A stretch of DNA of 51,258 bases. Origin: Basidiobolus ranarum. Lineage: Eukaryota. Shown in pieces: positions 41,213-51,258 of the stretch. The notes under the pieces are model-generated. The model saw nothing but the letters and a program-made list of their open reading frames with translations, was not told the DNA's origin and made no database searches. Within the stretch, counting starts at the first letter, position 1. Each line of letters starts with the position of its first letter. A program made the position numbers and the translations under genes. Location: contig JASJQH010000016.1 of NCBI GenBank assembly GCA_040143965.1, positions 1-51,258 of the forward strand, given 5' to 3'.

Positions 41213-42706
41213 TCAGGAGGCATATATAAACAATCTCCCTTGGTTCCATGCATTACAAAGATCCTGCTGGCTATTCAAGCTGATCATGTCACTGGGACCC
41301 GACCGATAGCTCAAGGCAATGGAGTTATTCGCTAACCGCTCCGCAATTTTAGATCGAAGGGCATCAAAGGTGATGCCAGATGAGACTCGAATGGCTATCA
41401 AGTCCTCTCGATACTGGATCTTAATTTTCGTTGAAGTGGCAATCTTGGGAGCAGCGTCGGCTAAGGAGACTGGGGTAGCGGGCGAGGTAGACTCCATACT
41501 GGGTACAGCTGAGTTCATGGATGTATTCGAGGATGTGGATGAGTTTGTAGTTCTTTTACACTGATCAGGAACCTCTGCATCATCATGAGATGGTCGACGA
41601 TTCGATATAACTCTTTTACGAGCAACGTTGGCCTCATCCTCGCCCGGCTCTTCCAGGCCAAAGAATTCTCTTAATACGTTAGATTCTTGGATATACTTGG
41701 GGAGTCCGAAAAGTTGTTTCACATAAATATTGAGCTCGTGACAACGTCTAATTGTAATCGCTTCATCAACAAAATTTACAGGTCCGGGCATGTAAGGAAT
41801 GATTCGATATTGGCCAGCACTACCAGCTTCTCTGGGATAATTCTTTAGAAGGGAAATGTGAAAATCGTAAAAGTCTTCATAAAGTTTATACAAGACACGA
41901 TTATGTCCGTCAAGTAGAGAAATCTGAACCTCAAAGTAATAGCAATCATTCTGATTGAAATATGTGCTAACTCCAGCACGTATTGCTTGTTCCCGGGGAG
42001 ATGGACTTTCACTCGAAATCTGAGAATGATTTGGTCGTAATGCACATGAAGTGTCGATACTAACGCCGCTTACTTTCGATTTTTCATGGAAGCTGGTGTC
42101 ATTTCTACGCTCATGGTCATGAGTGGACTGATTCTCGAGGAATTGACTGATATTGACAATTGGTTGCCCAGTCCGAGCATCCTTGATTTCAACATAGGAT
42201 GAAGGAACAAGTCCAAGGCCACCAAGCTTACCAATAGGCTTAGCAATAAGCCATTCTGCATTTGACTGCCCAACAATAATAACATGATCCCCAGCCTCCG
42301 TGCTTAACTCTTCAGGACTCTGAGACTCAAAGTCATAAAGAACACGACCCAGGAGGGTAGGTTGTGCGTCAGATTTCTTTCGAAGTCGGTTATTTCTAGA
42401 ATTACTATCGTTTGGACCACCATTTTGGCTTTTCTCGATTACTTCGAAATACGAGGCGGGTACTATACCTCTGACCTTGGTCATTGGATTAGTCGCCTCC
42501 CACCAGTCATCGTCGTCCTCATTTCCAATAACGTGAAAAAAATCACCAGTGTGAAAAGAAAGTTGATAAGGGGCTTCACTACGATAGTCGTAAAGTGCGC
42601 AGATCACTTTCTTAGGAATCACCACTCCAGCTTGAGCGTTGTATTGTGACGTATAAGCCTTAGGAGTGGATTTTTTCAATACTTTGGGAATTTTTAGGTG
42701 TGCCAT
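41213..42706 (-). CDS. BEM1: Polarity scaffold Bem1/Scd2 (SH3-SH3-PX-PB1), intronless
   Basis: SH3 ALYDY...LSFHTGDFFHV...WWEA..GIVPASYF; SH3 VLYDF..EELS..WLIAKPIGKLGGLGLVPSSYV; PX YEDFYDFHISLL..P.EAG..RIIPYMPGP; PB1 KIKIQYREDLIAIRV. Confidence 0.94.
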   Translation of the reverse strand: MAHLKIPKVLKKSTPKAYTSQYNAQAGVVIPKKVICALYDYRSEAPYQLSFHTGDFFHVIGNEDDDDWWEATNPMTKVRGIVPASYFEVIEKSQNGGPNDSNSRNNRLRKKSDAQPTLLGRVLYDFESQSPEELSTEAGDHVIIVGQSNAEWLIAKPIGKLGGLGLVPSSYVEIKDARTGQPIVNISQFLENQSTHDHERRNDTSFHEKSKVSGVSIDTSCALRPNHSQISSESPSPREQAIRAGVSTYFNQNDCYYFEVQISLLDGHNRVLYKLYEDFYDFHISLLKNYPREAGSAGQYRIIPYMPGPVNFVDEAITIRRCHELNIYVKQLFGLPKYIQESNVLREFFGLEEPGEDEANVARKRVISNRRPSHDDAEVPDQCKRTTNSSTSSNTSMNSAVPSMESTSPATPVSLADAAPKIATSTKIKIQYREDLIAIRVSSGITFDALRSKIAERLANNSIALSYRSGPSDMISLNSQQDLCNAWNQGRLFIYAS

Positions 42707-44173
42707 TTAAGAAAACTCGTACGGTTTGCGGTTGAATCTAATACAGGATAAGAAGCAAACACTGTTTCTATATTCTAGTATTTGGTTCACGATCTGAAGT
42801 GGACTCGTGAAAGGAGGTTAGTCACGAAAATGACAGCAAAAAAGAAATAGATATGAAATGAAATAAAAATTAAGGAACTCGAGGTATGGATAGTACGAAT
42901 GATATATAAAGAATACAATCCAAGGAGAAACAGTGTAAGAGCGGAAAAAGGCAATAATGTAAAGATATTATGAAGTAATAGGAAAATGAAACTCCTCAGG
43001 GGTAAAACTCCTTTCCTTTACAGAGCAGAAGTAGGGAAGTTGTGTAGGTGCATAGATGGATGACGGATGTATAAATAACTGATAAACAACAGTGCATTAG
43101 GTTACTCAAAGAAAAATCCCATAAAAGAGCACTCAGGTACTGAGCCAGCATCTGAATGGTTCATTGGCTAGAATGAACAAGAGAGCATTATTCCAGAGGT
43201 GCGCAAAAAGAATGATGTGTATGCAAACAACGTAGCACTGGTGATTATTTAAGGAATATTGGAGTTATTGGCGGTATTGATGGTTTCTCAATACAGGTTT
43301 GGGTTGGTGATGCAGATTCCAACTTTCAGCTTTTCTGAATGCCACGCTCCAACCTTCCTCCATCTTTGTTATGTATTATAGCAGCTACCAACGAATCATC
43401 AATCTGCACCATAAAAGTAGCAACAAACGTCTCTAGATCAGGTTTAGCTTGTTGGATTCCCTGTTAACTCCTTTCATTAAATGATACATTTATTATTGCT
43501 TTGTGTCTCATTAAACGATACTTTTGCTATGTGAGCCTTTGATGGATTATAAATAGCTTGTGTAGCTGATGGACGATGGAGTGATGCGATGTAACCACCA
43601 TGATAGTCCGCATTCATCATCCATCGCATTCATGGTCCACCAACTAACCCTAACGAGTCGAAATCCATCAACGACATCAACCCAACGTAGGAATTCCAAG
43701 TCTATGTGTCCAATTTCTACCTTTGTCTGAAATGCCCCCAATTCATGATAAGATAACCGGCCTATCCACGTTAACTCCACTTTGTGTAGTAATGATCTCT
43801 CCTTTCTTTTCGTCTCTGAGATAGTTACCGGTTAGCCACCTGCATACTTTGACAATGATTCTTAAATAGCCAGTAGCTTTAGACATATTTGATCAATTAA
43901 TGTTTAGAAATCAGTCTGCTTGGTTTCAATTAGTGGAATTCTAGACACTGCTAGACACCGCGGCATCCTCTCATTTCCCACACTTCATTTGAATTCTGAC
44001 TTTGGAAAACAAGCCAATTGCCGAATGGAAAAGGAGAGTCTAGAATTTATATATAGATATGTTCTCGTTTATCATTCATTAGCAATATAAGGTGGATGTG
44101 ATTGTGAGGCTGATTTAAATTTGGATTGGGATTGAAAATCATTGAAAACCAAAATTCTGGATGCCAAAAGCGT

Positions 44174-44204
44174 GATCACGTGGAAGGGATCACGTGGAAA
44201 GGAT
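44174..44204. repeat. 14-bp direct repeat carrying two CACGTG E-boxes (gatcacgtggaagg x2)
   Basis: gatcacgtggaagg-gatcacgtggaaagg seen directly, between the Zn2Cys6 gene 3' end and the BEM1 upstream region. Confidence 0.7.
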
Positions 44205-44328
44205 CTATCTAACAAAAGAAGCAAACTAGATTACACTGATTTCATTGCGAAGGAAGGGAACTGGGTAGGAAGGGAACTGAGTAGGAATATGAATATATAT
44301 AGAAGTAAAAAAATACAGAGATTTCCAT

Positions 44329-47046
44329 TCACCATTTGGGGCCATTCGATTGATGACAGATAAGATCATAAGCCATGGCTAATTCTGCATCAGAAACGTA
44401 TTCTGTGGTTGGAATGACTGGAACATCTGTAGTTGGAATGACTGGCGCATCTATGCTACTGATATTCTCTAAAGTAGTGGATTGTTGTTGGCTAGATGAC
44501 ATAGTCCTGCTCGGATAGCCAGTGGGATTGATATAGTCATTTCTTATACTGGTAGTAATGGGTGCGCCACTCTGGACAAGAGGTGCGGTGATTGCATCTG
44601 CTACATACTGGCCAACATAATCATTCCATTCATCAATATTAAAGGCAAGTGAGTTATTCCAGGCCATTCGTTCATTCTCGGACGTAGATACACTCATATC
44701 CGCACCAAGTCTATTCTCATTAACGTATTGTCGAGTATCAGGTTGACTGGCACTCAATGAGTTATTGAAGGGGCTTATACTTCCAGCGGGATACATTCTA
44801 ACTTGCGAAACGACGCCAGATGCCGCATATGGATCTAAGGACATGACATCAAAATTAGATGAAGGTTGTTCCTCTATAACTTTAAATCCCCCTTCTACAT
44901 AATTTGCCATTGCGGGAAAGTCGGTCATCATATTAGGAGAAACGCGGGAAATACTGGATACAGACTCAACAGACTGTGCTCGCGGTAGAGCGTCCACCAG
45001 ATATTGATTAGATTGTATGCTAGTTAGGAGGGATTGTCCCATCAAAGGCGAGCTGTTCGGCAAATTTTTGACTATATCAATGAGGGATGCATCTTCGATA
45101 ACTCCTGGCTCAATATCGATCTTACTTTCTATAATTAGGTCAGTCAAAACGGTATAATATCTTCCAGCATATCCACACCGTTCTCGGATTTGTTTAAGTA
45201 TATCTAAGTTTTTGAACAGGCTAGTTCGTGACGAGGTAGCAATGTAATGATTGGGTGATATCGCTTGTAAGAGGTGTATTGTGCTCGCAGTGAAAATCGG
45301 AAATAATAAAAATATAACGCTCTCCGTATACCCTGGACTATTCACGCATGATGTTACAATAGCAGTTATACTGTTTGCAGCATCCATGCAAATTTGCGAA
45401 GAGGAGGGTTGTGATGTAGAAGATGATTCGGGTCTTAGAATGAAAGGCCGATGTAGCAAGATTAATGCGCAATGATACCAAACGTGAGCATAAATTAGGG
45501 TTGGGCTGTTGGGTAGTTTCCCAGCACAATAATCAGCAGGAATATATCTAAGTTCCGGCGATAAAGAGTTTAACCACAAATTAAGAGCGGAGTCCAAATC
45601 TGTTAGTTTCGAAAGGAATTTTGGATAGTTACTAGTCAAAGGTACTTTAACTATGTACATAGTGCTCAGAATCTGACCGATCAGCTCATGAAGCCCTATT
45701 AACTCTATGAACGGTTTCAAAGACAATCCAGTGGAGGGTGCGACATCAGCCGGTACTTTCAAGTCATCCTCTGAAAGGCATGGCAATGGAGTGTCGAATT
45801 GCTGATCATCTATAGACACAGGTCTTCCCACACACACACTGGAGAAGCGATCTATTAGATAACACACCCACCAAACTCTTTTTCGCGTTTCCTTCTCCGC
45901 TCGAGTTAGTTTTATGTTCCATATATCGGGGTTACGATGTAAACCGAGATCTTCAGCCATTCTAATGGCCATTCCACTATACATCCATGACTTCATTCCA
46001 CCGCGTGATAAATGAAAATAGATTGACATCAATACCAAAGCCTGAACATTTTCTATCGAACTTATCTCATAGGCTTGATCTAGTAGAGTCCGAGTCTTTT
46101 TGAAGAATATTTCGGAATCTAAATTCTCCCTACTCATAATTGTCTCTGACGGTATGAGTGCTGCAGATAGAGCAAAGACAGCATTTAGGAGAAAGTAGGG
46201 CGTTTCCTGTTCGTTTTGGTTTATACGCTCGAGAAATTCTGCTTTATGAAGCAAGGGAAAGATGGGGTTGATTTTGGTAAAGTAGATATCTATAAGATAG
46301 CCAAAGAGATTGGGTGAGGGTAGCACGGTAGGGTCGAGGTTCAATCCATTATCGTTGGTATATGCTCTCGCACGTGGCCTTATTCTGAAAAGGTCATGTT
46401 GATGCTTTTGTGACCCTTGAAGCAAATAAAAACCAGAGCTTTCTCCGCAGTGCCTTACTCGACCGTCATCATCTAAAATCAATTGATCAGTATTTTTACT
46501 AAGGGCCTCGACATCTGCATCAATAGGGATATTTGAAGGTGTTTGAGCTGAATGATTCAATTCAGAAGAAGAGATGACATTAGAAACGAGGAGATCTCGA
46601 GGGGATTTAGTCGCGCCTTGTGTTTCGACTTCAAATGTAGTGGTAATAGGAGAATTGGAACTAGGCGGAGTATCCGGAATTTGAGCATTTGGGACTCGAT
46701 ATTCTCTGAACTCTAACGGTTTGACTTTAGGGTGAGCTTGAATAGCAATATTAGCCTCTTCTTCTAGTCTTCTCATCTCAAACATGACAGTTTCGGCGGC
46801 ACGGGGATCACTCTGAACAAGTCCGCCAAGGATGTGTTCCATCCTGTGTAACCTACTTTCAATTGCCTCAATGTAGCCTTTTGGAGGGCCTCTTTTCTTT
46901 TTTGTGTCATTATAAGTACATTGCGTGCCAAAAGATTGACAGTTTGAACAAATGGGTTGTTCACCATCGCATCGTATCTTCTTTCTACGACAGTTATCAC
47001 AAGCCCGGCTAACTCTTTGTCGCTTATGGTTATCGTCGGTATTCAT
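44329..47046 (-). CDS. Zn(II)2Cys6 transcription factor with a fungal-specific TF (middle homology) domain, intronless
   Basis: RACDNCRRKKIRCDGEQPICSNCQSFGTQCTY zinc cluster, KKRGPPKGYIEAIESRL, and GMAIRMAEDLGLHR...ETRKRVWWVCYLIDR. First ATG at 47046. Confidence 0.96.
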   Translation of the reverse strand: MNTDDNHKRQRVSRACDNCRRKKIRCDGEQPICSNCQSFGTQCTYNDTKKKRGPPKGYIEAIESRLHRMEHILGGLVQSDPRAAETVMFEMRRLEEEANIAIQAHPKVKPLEFREYRVPNAQIPDTPPSSNSPITTTFEVETQGATKSPRDLLVSNVISSSELNHSAQTPSNIPIDADVEALSKNTDQLILDDDGRVRHCGESSGFYLLQGSQKHQHDLFRIRPRARAYTNDNGLNLDPTVLPSPNLFGYLIDIYFTKINPIFPLLHKAEFLERINQNEQETPYFLLNAVFALSAALIPSETIMSRENLDSEIFFKKTRTLLDQAYEISSIENVQALVLMSIYFHLSRGGMKSWMYSGMAIRMAEDLGLHRNPDIWNIKLTRAEKETRKRVWWVCYLIDRFSSVCVGRPVSIDDQQFDTPLPCLSEDDLKVPADVAPSTGLSLKPFIELIGLHELIGQILSTMYIVKVPLTSNYPKFLSKLTDLDSALNLWLNSLSPELRYIPADYCAGKLPNSPTLIYAHVWYHCALILLHRPFILRPESSSTSQPSSSQICMDAANSITAIVTSCVNSPGYTESVIFLLFPIFTASTIHLLQAISPNHYIATSSRTSLFKNLDILKQIRERCGYAGRYYTVLTDLIIESKIDIEPGVIEDASLIDIVKNLPNSSPLMGQSLLTSIQSNQYLVDALPRAQSVESVSSISRVSPNMMTDFPAMANYVEGGFKVIEEQPSSNFDVMSLDPYAASGVVSQVRMYPAGSISPFNNSLSASQPDTRQYVNENRLGADMSVSTSENERMAWNNSLAFNIDEWNDYVGQYVADAITAPLVQSGAPITTSIRNDYINPTGYPSRTMSSSQQQSTTLENISSIDAPVIPTTDVPVIPTTEYVSDAELAMAYDLICHQSNGPKW
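44402..44449. repeat. 24-bp in-frame tandem duplication (PVIPTTD/E x2) in the TF C-terminal tail
   Basis: tctgtggttggaatgactggaaca / tctgtagttggaatgactggcgca. Confidence 0.85.
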
Positions 47047-47515
47047 AAAGAGCAAAAACTCGGAGTGTACAGTGTATACAATAAGAAAACTTCGAGAAGA
47101 CTAATTCCAATAAAATAAATCACACCAGGCTAAACCTAATTGAACAATTGATCAAATAATGGAGACGATCTAGACTAATCGATGGAGCAAAGCAGATATG
47201 TATAGTACATAGAAGAGTTAACATTTACATCAACCATTCTTAATCTTGATCTAATATCGTGCGGTAAGTGGGCGACGCATATCTATCTTTGTAAATAGGT
47301 TTGATTTATAAGCTAACTAAATCTGTATAAATGCTTATTTCGAGTACGTAATGTTTACTGTTCCTTATAGAATATTCTCCCAGACTGTTACTAACTTCTA
47401 ACAGAGTTTCAAGCTTTTGGTGCTTTTGAAACTGCTGCTATTCCAGAAAGGTGCTTTTAAGAGTAGACGGCGTCATGAAGTTCAGTTGTTTATTTGTCAC
47501 GCCTGATTTTACTAT

Positions 47516-48061
47516 ATGAGTTACTCTAGATGTTCGCTTTACCACCTTGCCTCTGTGTCTAATCACAAATTGGCTTCGGAATATTCCGGAGATGTCACGC
47601 AGTCACTCCGTCGTGAGATCTTGGTGCGTAATCTGCTGTTGAATTTATATCAACAGCCACCACTCGACCAGTTTGAAGAGCTTCTTCGTGGCAACCCTGA
47701 CTTTCTGGTTGACTATTTCATTGAAGAAGAGTTCGAGGAAGCGGAAACAGAGGGGTTTGGTAACGTAGCAAAACGGATCAAGTATGCTCATACTGAGCAC
47801 GAGTCAAATATATCCTCGCGACATAAAGATCTTTTTATTTATCAAGAGGTCAATCCACCCTCGACCAAGTTCACTTTTCTCTTTGATTCGCAAAACAGCA
47901 CTGAACATTGGAAATCACCATCTTCTAGATGTCCCACTGCTTATTCATCTTCTAAAAATTCCACTGCTTATTCATCTTCTAAATGTTCAGCTGCTTATTC
48001 GGATGAAACATTTGGTTTGAAGAAAACCATGCATCTGATGCTAAGCCTTAGCCTTGATTGA
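47516..48061 (+). CDS. Hypothetical protein with a SERTA/Ecm13-like N-terminal motif, acidic patch and S-rich repeats (intronless)
   Basis: 181-aa ORF. SLYHLASVSNHKL...SLRREILVRNLL motif, EEEFEEAETE acidic stretch, 9-aa repeats. Confidence 0.6.
   Translation: MSYSRCSLYHLASVSNHKLASEYSGDVTQSLRREILVRNLLLNLYQQPPLDQFEELLRGNPDFLVDYFIEEEFEEAETEGFGNVAKRIKYAHTEHESNISSRHKDLFIYQEVNPPSTKFTFLFDSQNSTEHWKSPSSRCPTAYSSSKNSTAYSSSKCSAAYSDETFGLKKTMHLMLSLSLD
47919..48000. repeat. 27-bp tandem repeat x3 (catcttctaNaNNtNcNNctgcttatt), in frame in ORF 47516
   Basis: Copies at 47919, 47946 and 47973 encode SSRCPTAYS/SSKNSTAYS/SSKCSAAYS. Confidence 0.9.
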
Positions 48062-48430
48062 TTTCTGACACAATGATATATTTGGCACTGGAAACCAAAT
48101 TGCCGGTCTATTTGGGTTCACCTGTATCTGTATTTGATGATTTATAAATAAAGCCTTGTTTTACAAATGCAAATCCATGTACAGTTCGGCCATATTTACC
48201 ACGTGCATATCCCTTTTTCGTTTTAGGTTTCTGCACTTCAGACATCGTTGTTGCATTCACGTTTCTAAACGTGTCATGTGAGGAAACGTTATGTAAACTA
48301 AGTAGGAGTAATATGTAACACACGTTTTAGACCTCTGCACTGATTTGTATAAAGCCATGACTTCGGACAACGTACACTTGTGTGCATTGTTCGGCCTTCA
48401 TCACTACCAAGCTTCCTTTCCTCTACCAAT

Positions 48431-48851
48431 ATGCAAATTAAATTTACTGTGGTGGCTACTGTTGTAGTTTTGGTTTTAGGGTTTGTTCACAACTCTGATG
48501 CTAAAAATGGAAAGGACTTGACGCGAGGAGCCCAAAAGAACACACCAAGACACAACTATTCTAACTCACGGTACTATACTCGAACTATCCGTAATGGCTC
48601 TGGAGATAACTATTGTAGAGCACATAAGAGAGTAAGCACAGTTATATCCTGACTTTAAAATACTTCAAGCCGATTTTAACATTCTTTTAAAGCAATGCGC
48701 CCGTGACTGCAGAGAATGGAACCCTAAGAAATATCATTTCAGTGAGGACTGTAAATGGAGGTATCGTGATGGAAAAACAACTGCCTCCACCTCATGTATT
48801 TGTAATGGGCGTGATATCTCTTCCTCTTGTGCTTCATCTCTAGATTACTAG
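48431..48851 (+). CDS. Small secreted cationic Cys-rich peptide (defensin-like); exons 48431-48631, 48693-48851
   Basis: Signal peptide MQIKFTVVATVVVLVLGFVHNSDA. A GTAAGC...TTAAC...AAG intron joins YCRAHKR to QCARDCREWNPKKYHFSEDCKWRYRDGKTTASTSCICNGRDISSSCASSLDY*. TATAAA upstream and AATAAA downstream. Confidence 0.82.
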
Positions 48852-49075
48852 ATGTTCCGTATATTTTATTTGTGGCAGTATAGTCATATAATAAATGCCT
48901 GAATTAGCAGTTTAATGTCATCATATGGAACCGAGTTAGATCTATAAGCTTTGATATATGTTGGGATAATCCAAGGATATTTACATATCTTCCATTCAAT
49001 TATTGCACTTGCTTTTTGTTCTCTTTTACTAACTCATTCTTTAAAAATATACATTCATTTCACGGTGGCTTGTGC

Positions 49076-50219
49076 TTATTCTTTTTTCTTTTTAACTACT
49101 TTGGCCGGTGATTCCTAAAACAAATAAGTTGAGCAATGTAATGTACTTCATATGTTAGCTCTAAAATTTTACCTTTGTCGCTTTACCTAAAGAAATTCAA
49201 ATTATTAGAAAATCTATTCTATTGAAAACTCTTAATAGTTTTTTCTCTTACGTTTCTTGTCAGTCGTACTACTTTCGTTTCCAGTATCGGAAACTTCTTG
49301 ATAACTAGCAGGGGTGTAAGGAGATGATCCACGTCCAGGCTCTACAGATAACCCAGTCCTTTTGAATGTTAATCTTTAGAACAATTATCATTGATAGAAC
49401 ATCTCGATACTTACTTGCGACCCGCAACCCGATGAGAGCTTCGACTAGCGAATCCTAGACACTTCTCAAGATGTGTTGAATATCTGGCCGCTGGTAAATA
49501 CCGCTTACAGTTGACACAACAGAATGTTTCCTGTGTATTAGCTGTAGGATCGTTACCCCAAACATCATACCCAGGTCTAGTAGGAATGAATACTACACGA
49601 AATAGAATGAACTGGTTAGATGGTCTCCAATTAACTATGCTTTACACCCAAACTTAATATAACATACAGTAGTCGCGACATCTAAATTTGATAAAAGAAA
49701 ATATGGTTAAGCTTTAACTGGTAATGCAACTTGTCGAGTGTACTAAATTTGATTACTTATTTTGGCATAGTTGACAAACTGTACTGGCTAATTTATACTC
49801 TTTGTGTACAGAGTAACAAATGTCAAGTGTGCACTCATCAATCATATCACCTAACAAAGTATACGCCTAATATAGAGGTTATTTTTGTAAAAGGAAAATT
49901 TTTAACCAAAATTCACTTGAGTATTAGAGGGAATTCAGACGTACAATATCCATAATACTTGCGTTTCCTTCTGGAAACTTCTTCTTTCCTTTAAGTACTT
50001 GTTTTGTTTGCTGTAGATCTTCAACTTTGCGTGTATATTGATGTAGTAACCGCTTGAATACCCTAAAGTTATACGTTTTCTATTTTAGAAATGACTACTT
50101 ATAGGTGAGGAACTGATATAGTGAACCACCCAATCTTTTGATATCTTTGAAAGAACTAAATGTACATACACATCTTGTTTAGAATCGCTACTACCAGGCG
50201 AAGAGGCGTTGACTGTCAT
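49076..50219 (-). CDS. SGF11: SAGA deubiquitination-module subunit Sgf11/ATXN7L3, up to 8 exons including two 14-nt micro-exons
   Basis: Zinc finger FCCVNCKRYLPAARYSTHLEKCLG preceded by YDVWG; N-terminal LLGDMIDECTLDICYSVHKEYK helix. It is not in the ORF track because of splicing. The last two exons are less certain (an alternative stop lies near 49232). Confidence 0.85.
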
Positions 50220-50666
50220 TGGGGTTAACTGCTGAATAATTATACACTTGAGAAAAGCGGTCGTGTTTACCAACTAGTTGAAAGTTGCATATATATGTAT
50301 TTTATAAAAATGCCCTCCTACCCCATTTCACGATCTTCATTTTTAAAGATCTAATATTTACGTATATATGGTAAATCAAATTACGTGATATGGATTAAGA
50401 TATTTGAGGGAAACAAATTAGATATTCAGCCTGATACACAAGTGTGAATTAAACTGGAAGAATTATAGTAACCATAGTAATGTTTTTTGTTAAATACATA
50501 CTAGAATATCAATACTAAGTTCCAGAAACTAATAGGACTATCAGCTATATAGTAGCTGCAGCTTCTGTAAAATAGCGATACATATCACAAAACAACCAAT
50601 ATAAAGTAAAGAATACTGGAAATAAAAAACTAAGGATATCCTTCTTTTGGTAGGAGCTTTTAATAT

Positions 50667-51258
50667 TGTTGAAATTAGCATTGCCTAAACACCAATATAG
50701 TCACATATAGCTTAGTACTTAGTTATCTTATAATTCATTAAGATATTATCAATTATTCTCAATTGGAATTTACTTAGAATATTTTTACCAACTTAGAAGT
50801 TCTCTGATATATAGATTTTTTCAAACTTGTGCTAGAAGCCCCAAACTTTGCACACATGTTTCTAGGACCTTCCTTAACACATTCTTTACATTATTTTGCT
50901 TACATCATGACAAAACTATAAATGTCAACTTTCTACTCAATAAATCAATAAGTGAAAACACCAATTCCTTTAATTCTTCAAACCACTTCCAACAGGCTCC
51001 CAAATACTTTAACATGGTATGAGCCCCAAGCTTGCGCTCTCTGTAATGTCTACTTCTCAAATCTATGGAACTTTTCCCTCTTCTGAAAAATTGGATGGGA
51101 CCAATTATCAAGTTTGGAAAATTAAAATGAAAATGCAGCTGCAAGAAAAGGACTATGGGACACTGTTGTAGGAGAAGAAAACAATGCAAAACTATCCAAA
51201 ACCAAAGTTTTACTCCCGGTTAAAAAAGAACAAAGTGCCTTTAACACAATCTGTCTTA
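50667..51258 (+). mobile_element. 5' end of a Ty1/copia LTR retrotransposon: putative 5' LTR (~50667-51014), primer-binding site (51015-51028), gag start; runs off the window
   Basis: TGTTGAAA...TTTAACA termini, immediately followed by TGGTATGAGCCCCA and then a gag-like ORF. The region is nearly CpG-free. The LTR 5' boundary is tentative. Confidence 0.75.
51046..51258 (+). pseudogene. Frameshifted copia gag N-terminus
   Basis: MSTSQIYGTFPSSEKLDGTNYQVWKIKMKMQLQEK, then a -1 shift at ~51148 restores GLWDTVVGEE...EQSAFNTICL. This fits the copia gag KL.G.NY..W...M...L....LW..V.G motif. The unshifted frame stops at 51169. Confidence 0.8.

Noticed and set aside
43547-43780. 77-aa minus-strand ORF upstream of BEM1
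   Set aside because: Non-ATG start, no motif and no supporting gene signals.
51142-51152. Programmed -1 ribosomal frameshift in gag
   Set aside because: There is no X XXY YYZ slippery heptamer and it lies too early in gag. A 1-nt deletion or a sequencing error is simpler.

Overview
This is eukaryotic, AT-rich, intron-dense fungal DNA with short (~50-80 nt) GT-AG introns, most consistent with an early-diverging fungus (Zoopagomycota/Mucoromycota-like; inference). The ORF track fragments most genes, so I rebuilt the exon chains by hand. There are about 19 protein-coding genes: an SPX-domain Pho87/90/91-type phosphate transporter, a tetraspanin, a U1/jaz-type zinc-finger protein, a ~2,200-aa RasGEF-PH-RhoGAP (Bem2-like) protein, a Siz1/PIAS SUMO ligase, RpiB, Rab5 (Ypt5/Vps21-type), RPS7, KRI1, a RUS1/DUF647 protein, a BAR-PH-ArfGAP-ANK protein, a DDHD phospholipase, a tail-anchored TPR protein, Bem1/Scd2, a Zn2Cys6 transcription factor, Sgf11, two small secreted proteins and two orphans. 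The window ends in the 5' end of a decayed Ty1/copia LTR retrotransposon. I found no CRISPR array, rRNA or tRNA, and no multi-gene novel system I can support. The best leads are a spliced, secreted CS-alpha-beta defensin-like peptide hidden from the ORF track; an apparently split PH domain whose halves lie ~1,700 aa apart in the GEF/GAP protein; a tail-anchored carboxylate-clamp TPR protein; a SERTA/Ecm13-like orphan; three 14-nt micro-exons; and a copia element with a Ty5/copia-style half-tRNA primer site.
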